From the NCBI GenBank assembly GCA_034433515.1, contig DAOUAL010000004.1, forward strand, positions 48,697-112,696: a DNA stretch of 64,000 nucleotides, read 5' to 3'. Made by a program: the position numbers and the translations under genes. Position 1 is the stretch's first letter. The number at the start of each line of letters is the position of its first letter. The notes below the pieces were generated by a model that saw nothing but the letters and a program-made list of their open reading frames with translations, searched no databases and was not told where the DNA came from. This DNA comes from Anaerolineae bacterium (GTDB lineage Bacteria; Chloroflexota; Anaerolineae; UBA4142). This document shows, piece after piece, positions 8,314 through 17,915 of the stretch.

Positions 8314-10989
8314 ATGAAAACGCTCACCATGATTTGGTCCACGCGCCGCGATGCGGTGATCAGTACACTCGTCGGCATGGCGGCATTCATACTTTATCTG
8401 CGCACCCTTGCGCCCTCAGTCGTTTTTATTTTTGACGACACGCTGGAGATGCAGTATGTGGTACCGCGTCTCGGCATCTTGCATCCCACCGGCTACCCGC
8501 TCTATACCTTACTCGGCAAACTATTCACGCTGATCGTTCCGCTCAATGATGTGGCGTTTCGCCTAAATCTCTTTTCCGCGTTTTGCGCCGCGCTGGCAGT
8601 CGCGTTCGTCTATCTCGTGGCGCACCAACTTGTCCAGCATCGCTTGGCGGCATTGATTGCCGCACTCACCTTTGCCGCAGGCGAAACATTTTGGGCGCAA
8701 GCCATCGTCGCCGAAGTGTACGCGCTCCAAATGTTGCTGGTCGCCCTAATTTTGTATTTGACTCTGCGCCTCTCGCCCTCCGCTCCTCGCCCGTTGCTCT
8801 ACCTCCTTGCTTTTGCACTAGGGCTGGGGCTGGCTCATCATCGTCTTGTCCTCTTGCTCTTGCCTGCCATCGTGCTTTACGTTTTCCTGGTCAACCGCAC
8901 GCTTCTCCACGATTTCAAAACGCTTGCCCGCGCCGCTCTCTTTTTCTGTGCGCCTTTGCTTCTATATTTGTATTTACCCTTGCGTGCTTCGGTTGGCTCT
9001 GCTGACGGCACCTACGAAAACACCCTTACCGGTTTCTTCAACTGGGTCATGGCAGCGCAATACACGGCGTTCTTTGAAAACCCCTTGCACGTCCAACGCG
9101 ATGCGGCGTACTATTGGACAATGTTTCAAAATCAATTCACGCTTGCCGGGCTTGCGCTCATCGTAGTAGGGGGCATCGCGATGCTTCGCAAACCACGCGA
9201 GACACTTCTCTTCCTCAGCATTGCGCTCATCGCCGAAGCCGGCTTCGCCTTCAACTATCGCACCGCCGATGTCGAGGTGCATTTTCTCACCACATTCCTC
9301 TTGCTCGCACTCTGGCTTGCCATCGGCATAGACGTACTTGTGCGCGCCACAACGTCTTTTGCTTTACGTTTTACTTTTCTCATTCTCGCTTTGCTCGTTC
9401 CGCTCTACTTGCTCATGAACAATTTTGCCACCACCGATCTCTCCGCCAAATGGGATGTGTACGATTATGGACGCGATATGCTGTCCCAGCCGCTCGAATC
9501 GAATGCAACGATGATCGGCATCACCGGCGAGATGACGCTAATTCGCTATTTTCAAGAGAACGCTCATCTGCGCCCGGATCTAGAGACCATCGCCGCCGAT
9601 AAAGAAGACGCGCGCCTCAAGGCGGTGGAAAACGCACTCAAACAAAATCGTACCGTATATCTCACCCGACCGCTCAAAGGCGCGGCAGAAAAATATTCGC
9701 TCGTATCGCTGGGTCCCCTGATTCGCGTTCATCCGCAACCCATCACCACGATGCCCCAGAACATCAGCCCGCTCGACGCAAACTTTGGGGCGGCAAAACT
9801 GATTGGCTATACGATCCAAACACTTGAGCAACATGCCGAGAATGGACGTGCGCTACGGGTTACATTGTACTGGCACGTGGAAGACAAAATCGAAACCGAT
9901 GCGCTCATCTCGGTCAAGGTCTTGCGGAGCGATCATCGCGTCTTTGGTCAAAGCGATCATCGTCCCGTACGCGACGCATATCCCACGCCGGCGTGGCGTC
10001 CCGGCGAAATCGTTGCCGATACGTACGACGTGCCAATCTTTTTTGGCGTAACGCCCAGCACGTACACCATTCACGTAACGATGTACGATGCCACCACCAA
10101 CGAAATTCTTGGGCAAGCCAACGTCAGCCAGGTTTCGCTCACCGCCGATGTCAACCCGCCGCGCCGCGAAACGTGGAACATTGCCAATACAACCAATGCC
10201 GATTTCGGCGTGCTCTCACTCGCCGGCTATTCGCTCGACACCCGGGCACCCATGCGCCCGGGCGATGCATTGCCCATCACGCTACTTTGGCGTGCGGGTT
10301 GGCAAAAAATACCGGACAATTTAATGATGCGCGTGTGGTTAGAAGATACGAACGGCAAACAAATTGCCAGCCGCGATACCTTGCTCAGCATCGGCTATCC
10401 GCCGTTCGAGTGGCAACCCCACAGCTATGTGCGCGATTTGCCGGTGATGCGTCCACCCGCCAATCTGGCAGATGGCATTTATGCGGTGAAACTTGCCGTC
10501 GTGCAAGACCATCAATTGCGCGGCTCAACGCTGTTGCCATTTATGCCCACCATCGTTGAACTGGGCAAGGTTGAAATAAAAAATCGCGCGCGAAGGATGG
10601 ACGCGCCCATCATTCCTCGCGCGCTCGAAGCCACGTTCGATCGGAAAATAAAATTGTTGGGATACGACTGGAAAAGTGATTCAACGCAACTCACGCTCTA
10701 TTGGCGTGCCATTACCTTGATGGATACACCGTACACGGTGTTCATCCATTTACTCGATGCGCAGAATCGCGTGGTTGCCTACGGCGATGCCGAACCCGGG
10801 AACGGTACCTTGCCCACAACCGGTTGGATCGAAAACGAGTACATTGTTGACCCACACACTCTGGTTGGCGAGGTAGCGCCCGGCACGTACTCGATAGAGA
10901 TCGGCGTGTACGATCCGGTCACTGGCGTACGCTTGAAAACGAACGAGGGTCAAGAACGAGTGTTGATCGAAAATATCACGGCACGTTAA
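8314..10989 (+). CDS. Membrane glycosyltransferase-like protein (DUF2723/GT-C fold) with repeated C-terminal extracytoplasmic beta domains
   Basis: LHPTGYPLY motif, about 10 TM helices, and three repeats of the L.GY...L.V.L.W pattern. Confidence 0.75.
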   Translation: MKTLTMIWSTRRDAVISTLVGMAAFILYLRTLAPSVVFIFDDTLEMQYVVPRLGILHPTGYPLYTLLGKLFTLIVPLNDVAFRLNLFSAFCAALAVAFVYLVAHQLVQHRLAALIAALTFAAGETFWAQAIVAEVYALQMLLVALILYLTLRLSPSAPRPLLYLLAFALGLGLAHHRLVLLLLPAIVLYVFLVNRTLLHDFKTLARAALFFCAPLLLYLYLPLRASVGSADGTYENTLTGFFNWVMAAQYTAFFENPLHVQRDAAYYWTMFQNQFTLAGLALIVVGGIAMLRKPRETLLFLSIALIAEAGFAFNYRTADVEVHFLTTFLLLALWLAIGIDVLVRATTSFALRFTFLILALLVPLYLLMNNFATTDLSAKWDVYDYGRDMLSQPLESNATMIGITGEMTLIRYFQENAHLRPDLETIAADKEDARLKAVENALKQNRTVYLTRPLKGAAEKYSLVSLGPLIRVHPQPITTMPQNISPLDANFGAAKLIGYTIQTLEQHAENGRALRVTLYWHVEDKIETDALISVKVLRSDHRVFGQSDHRPVRDAYPTPAWRPGEIVADTYDVPIFFGVTPSTYTIHVTMYDATTNEILGQANVSQVSLTADVNPPRRETWNIANTTNADFGVLSLAGYSLDTRAPMRPGDALPITLLWRAGWQKIPDNLMMRVWLEDTNGKQIASRDTLLSIGYPPFEWQPHSYVRDLPVMRPPANLADGIYAVKLAVVQDHQLRGSTLLPFMPTIVELGKVEIKNRARRMDAPIIPRALEATFDRKIKLLGYDWKSDSTQLTLYWRAITLMDTPYTVFIHLLDAQNRVVAYGDAEPGNGTLPTTGWIENEYIVDPHTLVGEVAPGTYSIEIGVYDPVTGVRLKTNEGQERVLIENITAR

Positions 10990-11354
10990 TGGGCTTTTTT
11001 GCGCTTGGTTTTAGGGACGCCAAACGATCGCGTGACCGGCACCACAAACAGAATCCCCGTGTGCGGCACGTCGAAATCACCCACAATCTTGCGCGCCGCC
11101 TCAATCGCGCGCTCCAACACCGCATCGTCCTCCAAAACGGTGAACATGGTCCGATTATGTGATTCCTCACCTTCCAGCAGTGAGCGTAGCGAAGGGATCA
11201 ACGGTACATCATCCCGGCTCGCACGATCGAGCAACTTGCGACTGCCGGCACTTTCAAAGACGGTAACTCCCGGCACCCCTACCTCTTCCCACGCCCGAAC
11301 AATCTCCGGAAACTTTTCAACTTGGTCCAGAACGAGCACAAGCATATTTGCCAT
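10986..11354 (-). CDS. P-II-like protein
   Basis: VGVPGVTVFESAG ... TGILFVVPV matches the GlnB-like fold. Translationally coupled (TGATG) to the antiporter. Confidence 0.65.
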   Translation of the reverse strand: MANMLVLVLDQVEKFPEIVRAWEEVGVPGVTVFESAGSRKLLDRASRDDVPLIPSLRSLLEGEESHNRTMFTVLEDDAVLERAIEAARKIVGDFDVPHTGILFVVPVTRSFGVPKTKRKKAH

Positions 11355-12541
11355 CAGTCACTCCTTACGGGAAATACGCGACGTAACAGAATGGGCGTCA
11401 CAAGTGTAGTCGCCAACACCATAACCACCATCATTGAATACACAGTTTGAGAAATAAGTCCATTGCTTAATTCGAGCGCGGCAACAATCAAGCCCACCTC
11501 GCCGCGCGAAATCATTCCCACGCCGACGCGCAAAGACTCTTGAAACGTATAGCCACCTAGTCGCGCCCCAATGCCACAGCCAATCACCTTCCCGGCAATC
11601 GCCACCGCGATAATCGCGATTGCAAACCAAATATCAGCGATGTCAAGTGTGCGCGCATTCGCTTTGAGACCAATGCCAATCAAGAACAAGGGTACAAAAA
11701 AGGCATACGTCAGCGTGTGCATTCCGTCTTCAATCGTGCGGCGTACCGAGGTTCGCGCAAAAAATAATCCAGCCAGGAACGCGCCGGTGATCGCCGCCAC
11801 CTGCCCCACCACCTCGGCTGACCAAGCGTACAACAGGATGGTGATAACACCAAACGCCATCACCCCCTCGCTGACCGGCAAGCCTTCGACCCATATGGCG
11901 AGACGCGGTAACAGTTGGGTGCCAATGATCACCGCCAGCACGATGAACACCATCATTCGCACGACTACCCAACCAACATTTGCATCCACGTCGCCCACTC
12001 CGGTGAGTGCTAGCGAGATCGAAAGTACCAAGATGACCAAGACATCGTCCACTACCGCCGCACCCAGCAACGCTAACCCTTCTTTGCTCCGTAAATGTCC
12101 GAGTTCAAGCAAGGTCTGTGCCGAAATGCTCACGCTGGTTGCCGTGAGAATCAAGCCAATAAAATAACTGTTGAGATAGGAAAAACCAAAAGCCAATGCC
12201 ACACCCGCACCTAACACGAGAGGCACCAACACCCCCAGCGTGCCTGCCAAGATTGCGACACGCCCGGATTTGAGCATTTCATCGAGATCTACCTCCAAGC
12301 CGGCAAGAAACATCAAAAAGATGACCCCCAGTTCGCCGAACTCTAGGACAATATCGCCAACGTGATTGCCGGCGAAAATCGGCTGACCGAGCAAATCCAA
12401 CACCGTGGGACCCAGCACCAATCCCATCAACAATTCGCCCAGTACGGCGGGCTGACCCAGGCGTGTACTGATCAAGCCACCGGCTTTGGCGGCAAAGATA
12501 ATGATACCAAGCAACAAGAGAAGTTGAAGCGTGAGCGTCAT
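11354..12541 (-). CDS. Cation:proton antiporter (CPA2, NapA/KefB-like)
   Basis: QPAVLGELLMG, TATSVSI, AAVVDDVL, FFVPLF and MISRGEV motifs; about 12 TM helices. Confidence 0.92.
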   Translation of the reverse strand: MTLTLQLLLLLGIIIFAAKAGGLISTRLGQPAVLGELLMGLVLGPTVLDLLGQPIFAGNHVGDIVLEFGELGVIFLMFLAGLEVDLDEMLKSGRVAILAGTLGVLVPLVLGAGVALAFGFSYLNSYFIGLILTATSVSISAQTLLELGHLRSKEGLALLGAAVVDDVLVILVLSISLALTGVGDVDANVGWVVVRMMVFIVLAVIIGTQLLPRLAIWVEGLPVSEGVMAFGVITILLYAWSAEVVGQVAAITGAFLAGLFFARTSVRRTIEDGMHTLTYAFFVPLFLIGIGLKANARTLDIADIWFAIAIIAVAIAGKVIGCGIGARLGGYTFQESLRVGVGMISRGEVGLIVAALELSNGLISQTVYSMMVVMVLATTLVTPILLRRVFPVRSD

Positions 12542-12548
12542 CTCTTTG

Positions 12549-12577
12549 ATTATAATCGAAGATGTGTTTCACTGCAA
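12549..12577 (-). promoter_or_regulatory. Promoter for the antiporter (probably leaderless transcript)
   Basis: Minus strand TTGCAG, 17 bp, TATAAT, then 7 nt to the ATG at 12541. Confidence 0.65.
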
Positions 12578-12583
12578 CACTTT

Positions 12584-12612
12584 TTGACACAGACCCTCGA
12601 TAGCGATAGAAT
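12584..12612 (+). promoter_or_regulatory. sigma70 promoter for tatA-yvcK
   Basis: TTGACA, 17 bp, TAGAAT. Confidence 0.75.
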
Positions 12613-12647
12613 GAAACTGGCGATGCGTGAGGCATCGCAGGAGAAAA

Positions 12648-12800
12648 ATGATTCGACCCGAACCGCTCGATCTATTACTCATTGCCATCGTTGCCATTCT
12701 GATCTTTGGCGCCAATCGCCTGCCCGAAGTGGCACGTTCGATTGGACAAGCCATCCGCGAATTTCGAAACGCCTTCAAAGAAGACAAGCCCCAACAATAG
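12648..12800 (+). CDS. tatA: Twin-arginine translocase subunit TatA/E (50 aa; not in ORF track)
   Basis: My translation: MIRPEPLDLLLIAIVAILIFGANRLPEVARSIGQAIREFRNAFKEDKPQQ. Has the FG hinge and amphipathic helix; RBS CAGGAG. Confidence 0.93.
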   Translation: MIRPEPLDLLLIAIVAILIFGANRLPEVARSIGQAIREFRNAFKEDKPQQ

Positions 12801-12804
12801 ATCA

Positions 12805-14094
12805 ATGAATTTTCTATCTCGTCTCTTGAATCGTTCGCCGTGGAAATGGCTCTATATTGGTCTAGGGGTCAAGCGCTGGCTCCTCTTGCTGATCGTGGGA
12901 ATGACGATGCTGGCGTTGGGCTTGGCATTCATCCTGGTGACCATCTATCGCCAAGCCCCTTTGCCCGATATTTTTTATTACCTCACCTTGCAATTTGTTG
13001 ACCACTTGACCCGGGGCATTGTGCTAGGTCTGCTGGGGAGTGCGATCATTGTGATTGCCATTTCCAAACTGAGTTCATCTCTGCTCGCACCGTTTCTCAC
13101 GCAAGGGACGGACATTGCCGAAACGTTGTATCGCAAACGCGCGCGCCAACGCGGACCCAAAATCGTGGCGATTGGCGGCGGCACTGGCTTGTCCACGTTG
13201 TTGCGCGGCTTGAAAGAATATAGCGATCACATCACAGCGATTGTTACCGTTGCCGATGATGGCGGCAGTTCCGGCAAATTGCGGCGTGAATTAGGCGTCC
13301 TCCCTCCCGGCGATTTCCGGCAATGCATCGCTGCGCTTGCCGACGCCGAACCTTTGATGTCATCGCTGTTACAATATCGGTTTGGCGCCGGCACCGGTTT
13401 GGAAGGACACTCGTTCGGCAACTTGTTCATCGCCGCGATGGCAGGCATTACCGGCGACTTTGAACGCGCCTTGCAAGAATCAAGCCGCGTGCTGGCGGTG
13501 CGTGGACAAATTTTGCCCTCGACGTTGCAAAACGTAACCCTCTGCGCCGAAGCGCGCAACCCCGCATTGACGCGCGTTGCCGGCGAATCGGCGATTACCC
13601 ATCGCGGCAAGCCGATTGAGCGCGTCTATCTTGAACCGGAACATGCGCCCGCCTATCCCGGCGCTGTGCGCGCTATCTTGGAAGCCGATCTGATTGTCGC
13701 GGGACCCGGGAGTTTGTACACCAGCGTGCTTCCCAACCTCATCGTTGAAGAAATCAAACGTGCGTTAGAAGTTACGCCAGCCAAAAAGATTTACATCTGC
13801 AACGTCGCCACGCAACCCGGCGAAACCAACGATTTCACGGTGGAAGATCATTTTGAAACCCTCGAACAACATGTGGGCAAAGGCATCTTTCAAGCGGTAT
13901 TGGCAAACGATAATTTCAACGTCCGCTTTCCAGAGCATACCGACAGCCGAATGGTTCGTCCCCGCGCCGATGCCCCGCCCGCTTTTGAAATCGTCTTGGG
14001 CGATGTGGTGGATCAAGCCATGCCGTGGCGACACGATCCGAGCAAATTAGCCAAGATGGTAATCAAGTGGTATAATTCACAAAATCGCAAATGA
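12805..14094 (+). CDS. yvcK: Gluconeogenesis factor YvcK (UPF0052/CofD family) with N-terminal TM extension
   Basis: GGGTGLS, DDGGSSG, PPGD, GHSFGNL and GPGSLYTS motifs. Confidence 0.92.
   Translation: MNFLSRLLNRSPWKWLYIGLGVKRWLLLLIVGMTMLALGLAFILVTIYRQAPLPDIFYYLTLQFVDHLTRGIVLGLLGSAIIVIAISKLSSSLLAPFLTQGTDIAETLYRKRARQRGPKIVAIGGGTGLSTLLRGLKEYSDHITAIVTVADDGGSSGKLRRELGVLPPGDFRQCIAALADAEPLMSSLLQYRFGAGTGLEGHSFGNLFIAAMAGITGDFERALQESSRVLAVRGQILPSTLQNVTLCAEARNPALTRVAGESAITHRGKPIERVYLEPEHAPAYPGAVRAILEADLIVAGPGSLYTSVLPNLIVEEIKRALEVTPAKKIYICNVATQPGETNDFTVEDHFETLEQHVGKGIFQAVLANDNFNVRFPEHTDSRMVRPRADAPPAFEIVLGDVVDQAMPWRHDPSKLAKMVIKWYNSQNRK
14048..14076 (+). promoter_or_regulatory. Candidate gap promoter inside the 3' end of yvcK
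   Basis: TAGCCA, 17 bp, TATAAT with TG extension. Confidence 0.45.
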
Positions 14095-14146
14095 CCCGCA
14101 TCCGCGTCGCTGATGCGTGAGTAGAAATATCTCGCAGGAGGAAACC

Positions 14147-15202
14147 ATGACAGTCAAAGTAGGCATCAACGGTTTTGGTCGCATTGGACGCCAAGTCTTC
14201 AAGGCGATTCGAGACTATTACCCCAACACGCTTCAAGTCGTCGCGTTCAACGATATCGGCGACCTGCCCACGATGGCACATTTGCTCAAGTACGATTCGA
14301 ACTATGGTCGGTTTGATGGTACGATTCAAGTCGGGACCGATGAATTGATCGTGGATGGCAAACCCATCAAAGTGTTCAAAGAAACCGAGCCGGACAAGAT
14401 TCCGTGGGGCTCGTTGGGCATTGACATCGTGATTGAAAGCACCGGCTTGTTCACCGTGAAAGAAGATGGGGTGAACAAAAAAGGCAAAGTCGTCAAGGGT
14501 GCAGCGAATCACATCACCAAAGGCGGCGCGAAAAAAGTCATCATCTCTGCTCCGGCGGAAGGCGAAGACCTCACCATCGTCTTGGGTGTGAACGACTCGA
14601 TGTACGATCCGGCAAAACATCATGTCGTCTCCAACGCTTCGTGCACAACCAATTGTCTTGCGCCTGCCGCCAAAGTTGTCCACGATAAATTCAAAATCGT
14701 GCGCGGCTTGATGACAACGATTCACGCCTACACCAACGATCAAAAGATTCTCGATTTGCCGCATAGCGATTTGCGCCGTGCGCGCGCTGCTGCGATGAGC
14801 ATCATTCCCACTTCGACCGGCGCCGCCAAAGCCGTCGCGCTTGTCATCCCCGACCTCAAAGGCAAATTCGATGGGTACGCACTGCGCGTGCCAACCTCGA
14901 CCGTATCGGTGGTGGACTTTACCGCCCAAGTCGAGATTCCTTGTACGACCGAAGAACTGCGCCAAGCCTTCCGCGATGCCGCCGCCGGTCCGCTCAAAGG
15001 CATTCTCGCCGCGGTGGACGAACCACTTGTCAGCGTTGACTATAAAGGCGATGCGCATTCGTCGTCGGTGGATTTGCAATTCACCTCGGTGCTCGGCAAG
15101 GACCAGAGTGATTTCGTCAAAGTGGTGGCGTGGTACGATAACGAATGGGGCTATAGTGTTCGCACGGCTGACCTCGCAAACTTGATAGCGAGCAAGTTAT
15201 AA
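14147..15202 (+). CDS. gap: Type I glyceraldehyde-3-phosphate dehydrogenase
   Basis: [20 protein letters not shown] and [16 protein letters not shown] before ATG 14147. Confidence 0.98.
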   Translation: MTVKVGINGFGRIGRQVFKAIRDYYPNTLQVVAFNDIGDLPTMAHLLKYDSNYGRFDGTIQVGTDELIVDGKPIKVFKETEPDKIPWGSLGIDIVIESTGLFTVKEDGVNKKGKVVKGAANHITKGGAKKVIISAPAEGEDLTIVLGVNDSMYDPAKHHVVSNASCTTNCLAPAAKVVHDKFKIVRGLMTTIHAYTNDQKILDLPHSDLRRARAAAMSIIPTSTGAAKAVALVIPDLKGKFDGYALRVPTSTVSVVDFTAQVEIPCTTEELRQAFRDAAAGPLKGILAAVDEPLVSVDYKGDAHSSSVDLQFTSVLGKDQSDFVKVVAWYDNEWGYSVRTADLANLIASKL

Positions 15203-15206
15203 ATCC

Positions 15207-15270
15207 AGACGAAAGACCAAAGACGAAGGACGGATGTAATAGGTTCGTCCTTCGTCCTTCGTCCTTTGTC
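15207..15270. repeat. Inverted heptamer tandem repeat between gap and pgk
   Basis: Four AGACGAA-like units, a spacer, then (TTCGTCC)x3 plus TTTGTC. The arms are reverse complements. Confidence 0.8.
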
Positions 15271-15280
15271 GGAGGTCGCC

Positions 15281-16456
15281 ATGAACAAGAAAACTGTCCG
15301 CGATATTGATCTCAAAGGCAAACGGGTTTTGATGCGCGTAGATTTCAACGTGCCGATGGACAAGGGCATCGTTACTGACGACAAACGCATCCGCGCTTCA
15401 CTCCCCACCATTCAGTACGTTCTCGATCAAGGTGCGTCGCTCATCTTGATGAGCCATCTGGGTCGCCCAAAAGGCACCGGCTTTGACGCCGAATTTAGTT
15501 TGAAACCGGCGTCCGAGGTGTTGAGCAAACTGCTGAACCAGCCGGTCAAGATGGCACCCGATTGCATCGGTCCCGAAGTTGAAGCAATGGCACAAGCCTT
15601 GCAACCCGGCGAAGTGATGATGCTCGAAAATGTTCGCTTCCACAAAGAAGAAGAAAAGAACGATCCCGGGTTCGCCAAGCAACTTGCCGCGCTCGGCGAC
15701 GTGTACGTCAACGATGCGTTTGGTTCGGCGCATCGCGCGCACGCAAGCACGGAAGGAGTGGCAAAATTCTTGCCGGCGGTTTCCGGCTTTTTGATGGAAC
15801 AAGAGTTGGAATATCTGGGACGCGCAACGTTGAACCCAGAACGACCCTACATCGCGATTCTGGGCGGCGCGAAAATCAGCGACAAGATCGCCGTCATCGA
15901 AAACTTGTTGACCGAATGCGACAAGTTGATCATCGGCGGGGGGATGGCAAACACCTTCCTCGCCGCCAAAGGGTACGCCATGCAAGACAGTCTCGTCGAA
16001 CCCGGTTCGATAGAGACCGCCAAGGCGATTATGGCAAAAGCCGGGAACAAGTTACTCTTGCCGGTGGATGCGGTGATTGCTGATCAATTTGACGCCGAAG
16101 CCAACACGCAAATCGTTGACGTGGACAAGGTGCCGCCGGGTTGGCGTGTGATGGACATTGGACCCAAATCCGTCGCCCTATTCAGCGGTGCACTCAAAGG
16201 CGCAAAACTCGTCGTGTGGAATGGACCGATGGGTGTGTTTGAAATGCCCAAGTTCGCCGAAGGCACGTTTGCGATTGCAAAACTTTTGGCGACGAGCGGC
16301 GCCACGACCGTCATCGGCGGTGGTGACAGCGCAAGCGCGGTGAAAAAAGCCGGCGTCGCCAAACAAATGACCCATGTTTCGACCGGCGGCGGCGCATCGC
16401 TTGAATTCCTCGAAGGCAAAGTGTTGCCAGGCGTTGCCGCTCTCAACGACAAATAA
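15281..16456 (+). CDS. pgk: Phosphoglycerate kinase
   Basis: [40 protein letters not shown] and [13 protein letters not shown]. Confidence 0.98.
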   Translation: MNKKTVRDIDLKGKRVLMRVDFNVPMDKGIVTDDKRIRASLPTIQYVLDQGASLILMSHLGRPKGTGFDAEFSLKPASEVLSKLLNQPVKMAPDCIGPEVEAMAQALQPGEVMMLENVRFHKEEEKNDPGFAKQLAALGDVYVNDAFGSAHRAHASTEGVAKFLPAVSGFLMEQELEYLGRATLNPERPYIAILGGAKISDKIAVIENLLTECDKLIIGGGMANTFLAAKGYAMQDSLVEPGSIETAKAIMAKAGNKLLLPVDAVIADQFDAEANTQIVDVDKVPPGWRVMDIGPKSVALFSGALKGAKLVVWNGPMGVFEMPKFAEGTFAIAKLLATSGATTVIGGGDSASAVKKAGVAKQMTHVSTGGGASLEFLEGKVLPGVAALNDK

Positions 16457-16460
16457 AGAT

Positions 16461-16497
16461 GATCGAGACCTGCCCGGCGATTGAGCAGGTCTCGATT
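16461..16497 (+). terminator. Hairpin after pgk (terminator or processing signal)
   Basis: ATCGAGACCTGC ... GCAGGTCTCGAT 12-bp stem; no strong U-tract. Confidence 0.4.
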
Positions 16498-16507
16498 GAT
16501 TACACTT

Positions 16508-17215
16508 ATGCGACTCGATCAGCGTCTCGATCATCAATTGCGTCCGATCACCATCACGCCGGGCTATCTCGATTACGCCGAAGGCAGTGTGCTGATCCAA
16601 GCCGGCAAGACGCGTGTGTTGTGCGCGGTAACGGTCCAACCCGGCATTCCCAAATGGCTCGAAGGACAAAATCAGGGCTGGCTCACCGCCGAATATGCGA
16701 TGCTCCCGCGCGCCACCCACACGCGCACCCCCCGCGAGACAATTCCCAGCGCGCGTTCGCAAGAAATCAAACGCCTCATCGGTCGGGCGTTGCGCGCGGC
16801 GGTGGATTTGCGTTTGATCGGCGAAAACACGCTTATCGTAGATTGCGATGTGATTCAAGCGGATGGCGGCACGCGCACCGCAGCGATCACCGGCGCGTAC
16901 GTGGCAGTCGCACTCGCTTTGCAAAAAATGATCGCCGAGAAAACCGCATCACCGCGCGCGCTCCGCACTCAAGTGGCGGCGGTCAGTGTGGGCATCGTCG
17001 GCGGTGAAGCGATGTTGGATTTGTGTTACGAGGAAGACGCACGCGCCGAAGTGGATTTCAACGTCGTGATGACCGGCGAAGGCAAATTCGTCGAGGTGCA
17101 AGGGACGGCAGAAGGCGAGCCGTTCTCACGCGAGGCGATGAATCACTTGCTCGATCTGGCGCGGGACGGGATTGTGGAATTGTTCAAGATTCAGCAATCA
17201 GTGTTGAGCAAATAA
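16508..17215 (+). CDS. rph: Ribonuclease PH
   Basis: LTAEYAMLPRAT, RSQEIKRLIGRALR, QADGGTRTAAITG and EVQGTAEG. Confidence 0.96.
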   Translation: MRLDQRLDHQLRPITITPGYLDYAEGSVLIQAGKTRVLCAVTVQPGIPKWLEGQNQGWLTAEYAMLPRATHTRTPRETIPSARSQEIKRLIGRALRAAVDLRLIGENTLIVDCDVIQADGGTRTAAITGAYVAVALALQKMIAEKTASPRALRTQVAAVSVGIVGGEAMLDLCYEEDARAEVDFNVVMTGEGKFVEVQGTAEGEPFSREAMNHLLDLARDGIVELFKIQQSVLSK

Positions 17216-17225
17216 GGAGTCCGCT

Positions 17226-17699
17226 ATGCTATCACCCCGAGTCCAAGCCCTCATCCGCCGGCTTGAGAAGGGCGCCCAGAAAACCAACGAAATCTTTGGC
17301 AAGTTAACCCCCGAACAATGGGAACAAGTGATTATTGACGAACCGGAAAAATGGACGTGGCGCAACTTGTTAGCGCATTTCGTCTCCGCCGAAGAACACT
17401 TGCTCGAATTGGCGCAGAATGTTGCGGCGGGCGGGGAAGGGTTGCCCGAAGACTTTGATTTGGATGCGTTCAACGCTCAAGAACAAGTCCGGCTGCGCGA
17501 TTATCCGCCAGCGCGTTTGCTAGCAATGTTGGACATTGCGCGCCAAGAAACGCTCGACTGGGTTGCCACGCTTGATGACACACACCTTGATTATAAAGGA
17601 CGCCATCCGGCGCTGGGCATCGTCTCGGTAGAAACCATGGTGATGGCAATCTACGGACATCAATTACTTCATATGCGTGAAGTGCAAGGTCAACCATGA
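17226..17699 (+). CDS. DinB-family protein
   Basis: WTWRNLLAHF and GHQLLH four-helix metal-binding pattern. Confidence 0.75.
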   Translation: MLSPRVQALIRRLEKGAQKTNEIFGKLTPEQWEQVIIDEPEKWTWRNLLAHFVSAEEHLLELAQNVAAGGEGLPEDFDLDAFNAQEQVRLRDYPPARLLAMLDIARQETLDWVATLDDTHLDYKGRHPALGIVSVETMVMAIYGHQLLHMREVQGQP

Positions 17700-17732
17700 A
17701 ATCATTCTGGATCGCGAAAGGAGGGTTGACAA

Positions 17733-17846
17733 GTGGGCAAAGGTGATCGTCGAACCAAGCGCGGTAAGATTTGGCGAGGGACCCATGGCAGAACACGCCC
17801 CAGCAATCCCAAACCCAACCCGAATCCCGCGCTGGTCAAAAAGTGA
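17733..17846 (+). CDS. thx: 30S ribosomal protein Thx (bTHX; 37 aa; not in ORF track)
   Basis: GTG start after AAGGAGG. My translation [37 protein letters not shown] closely matches Thermus Thx ([25 protein letters not shown]). Confidence 0.92.
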   Translation: MGKGDRRTKRGKIWRGTHGRTRPSNPKPNPNPALVKK

Positions 17847-17915
17847 CTATAACGCCGCCGATGCCGAATCGGCGGCAAATGTTTGGGCACGTAAATTCCG
17901 CTAACGGAGTTTTGT

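Noticed and set aside
12805-13120. TM extension on YvcK as a novelty
   Set aside because: N-terminal membrane extensions are a known variant in this family.
17677-17904. 75-aa plus-strand ORF and 62-aa minus-strand ORF (17702-17890)
   Set aside because: Both overlap the much better supported thx gene in another frame.
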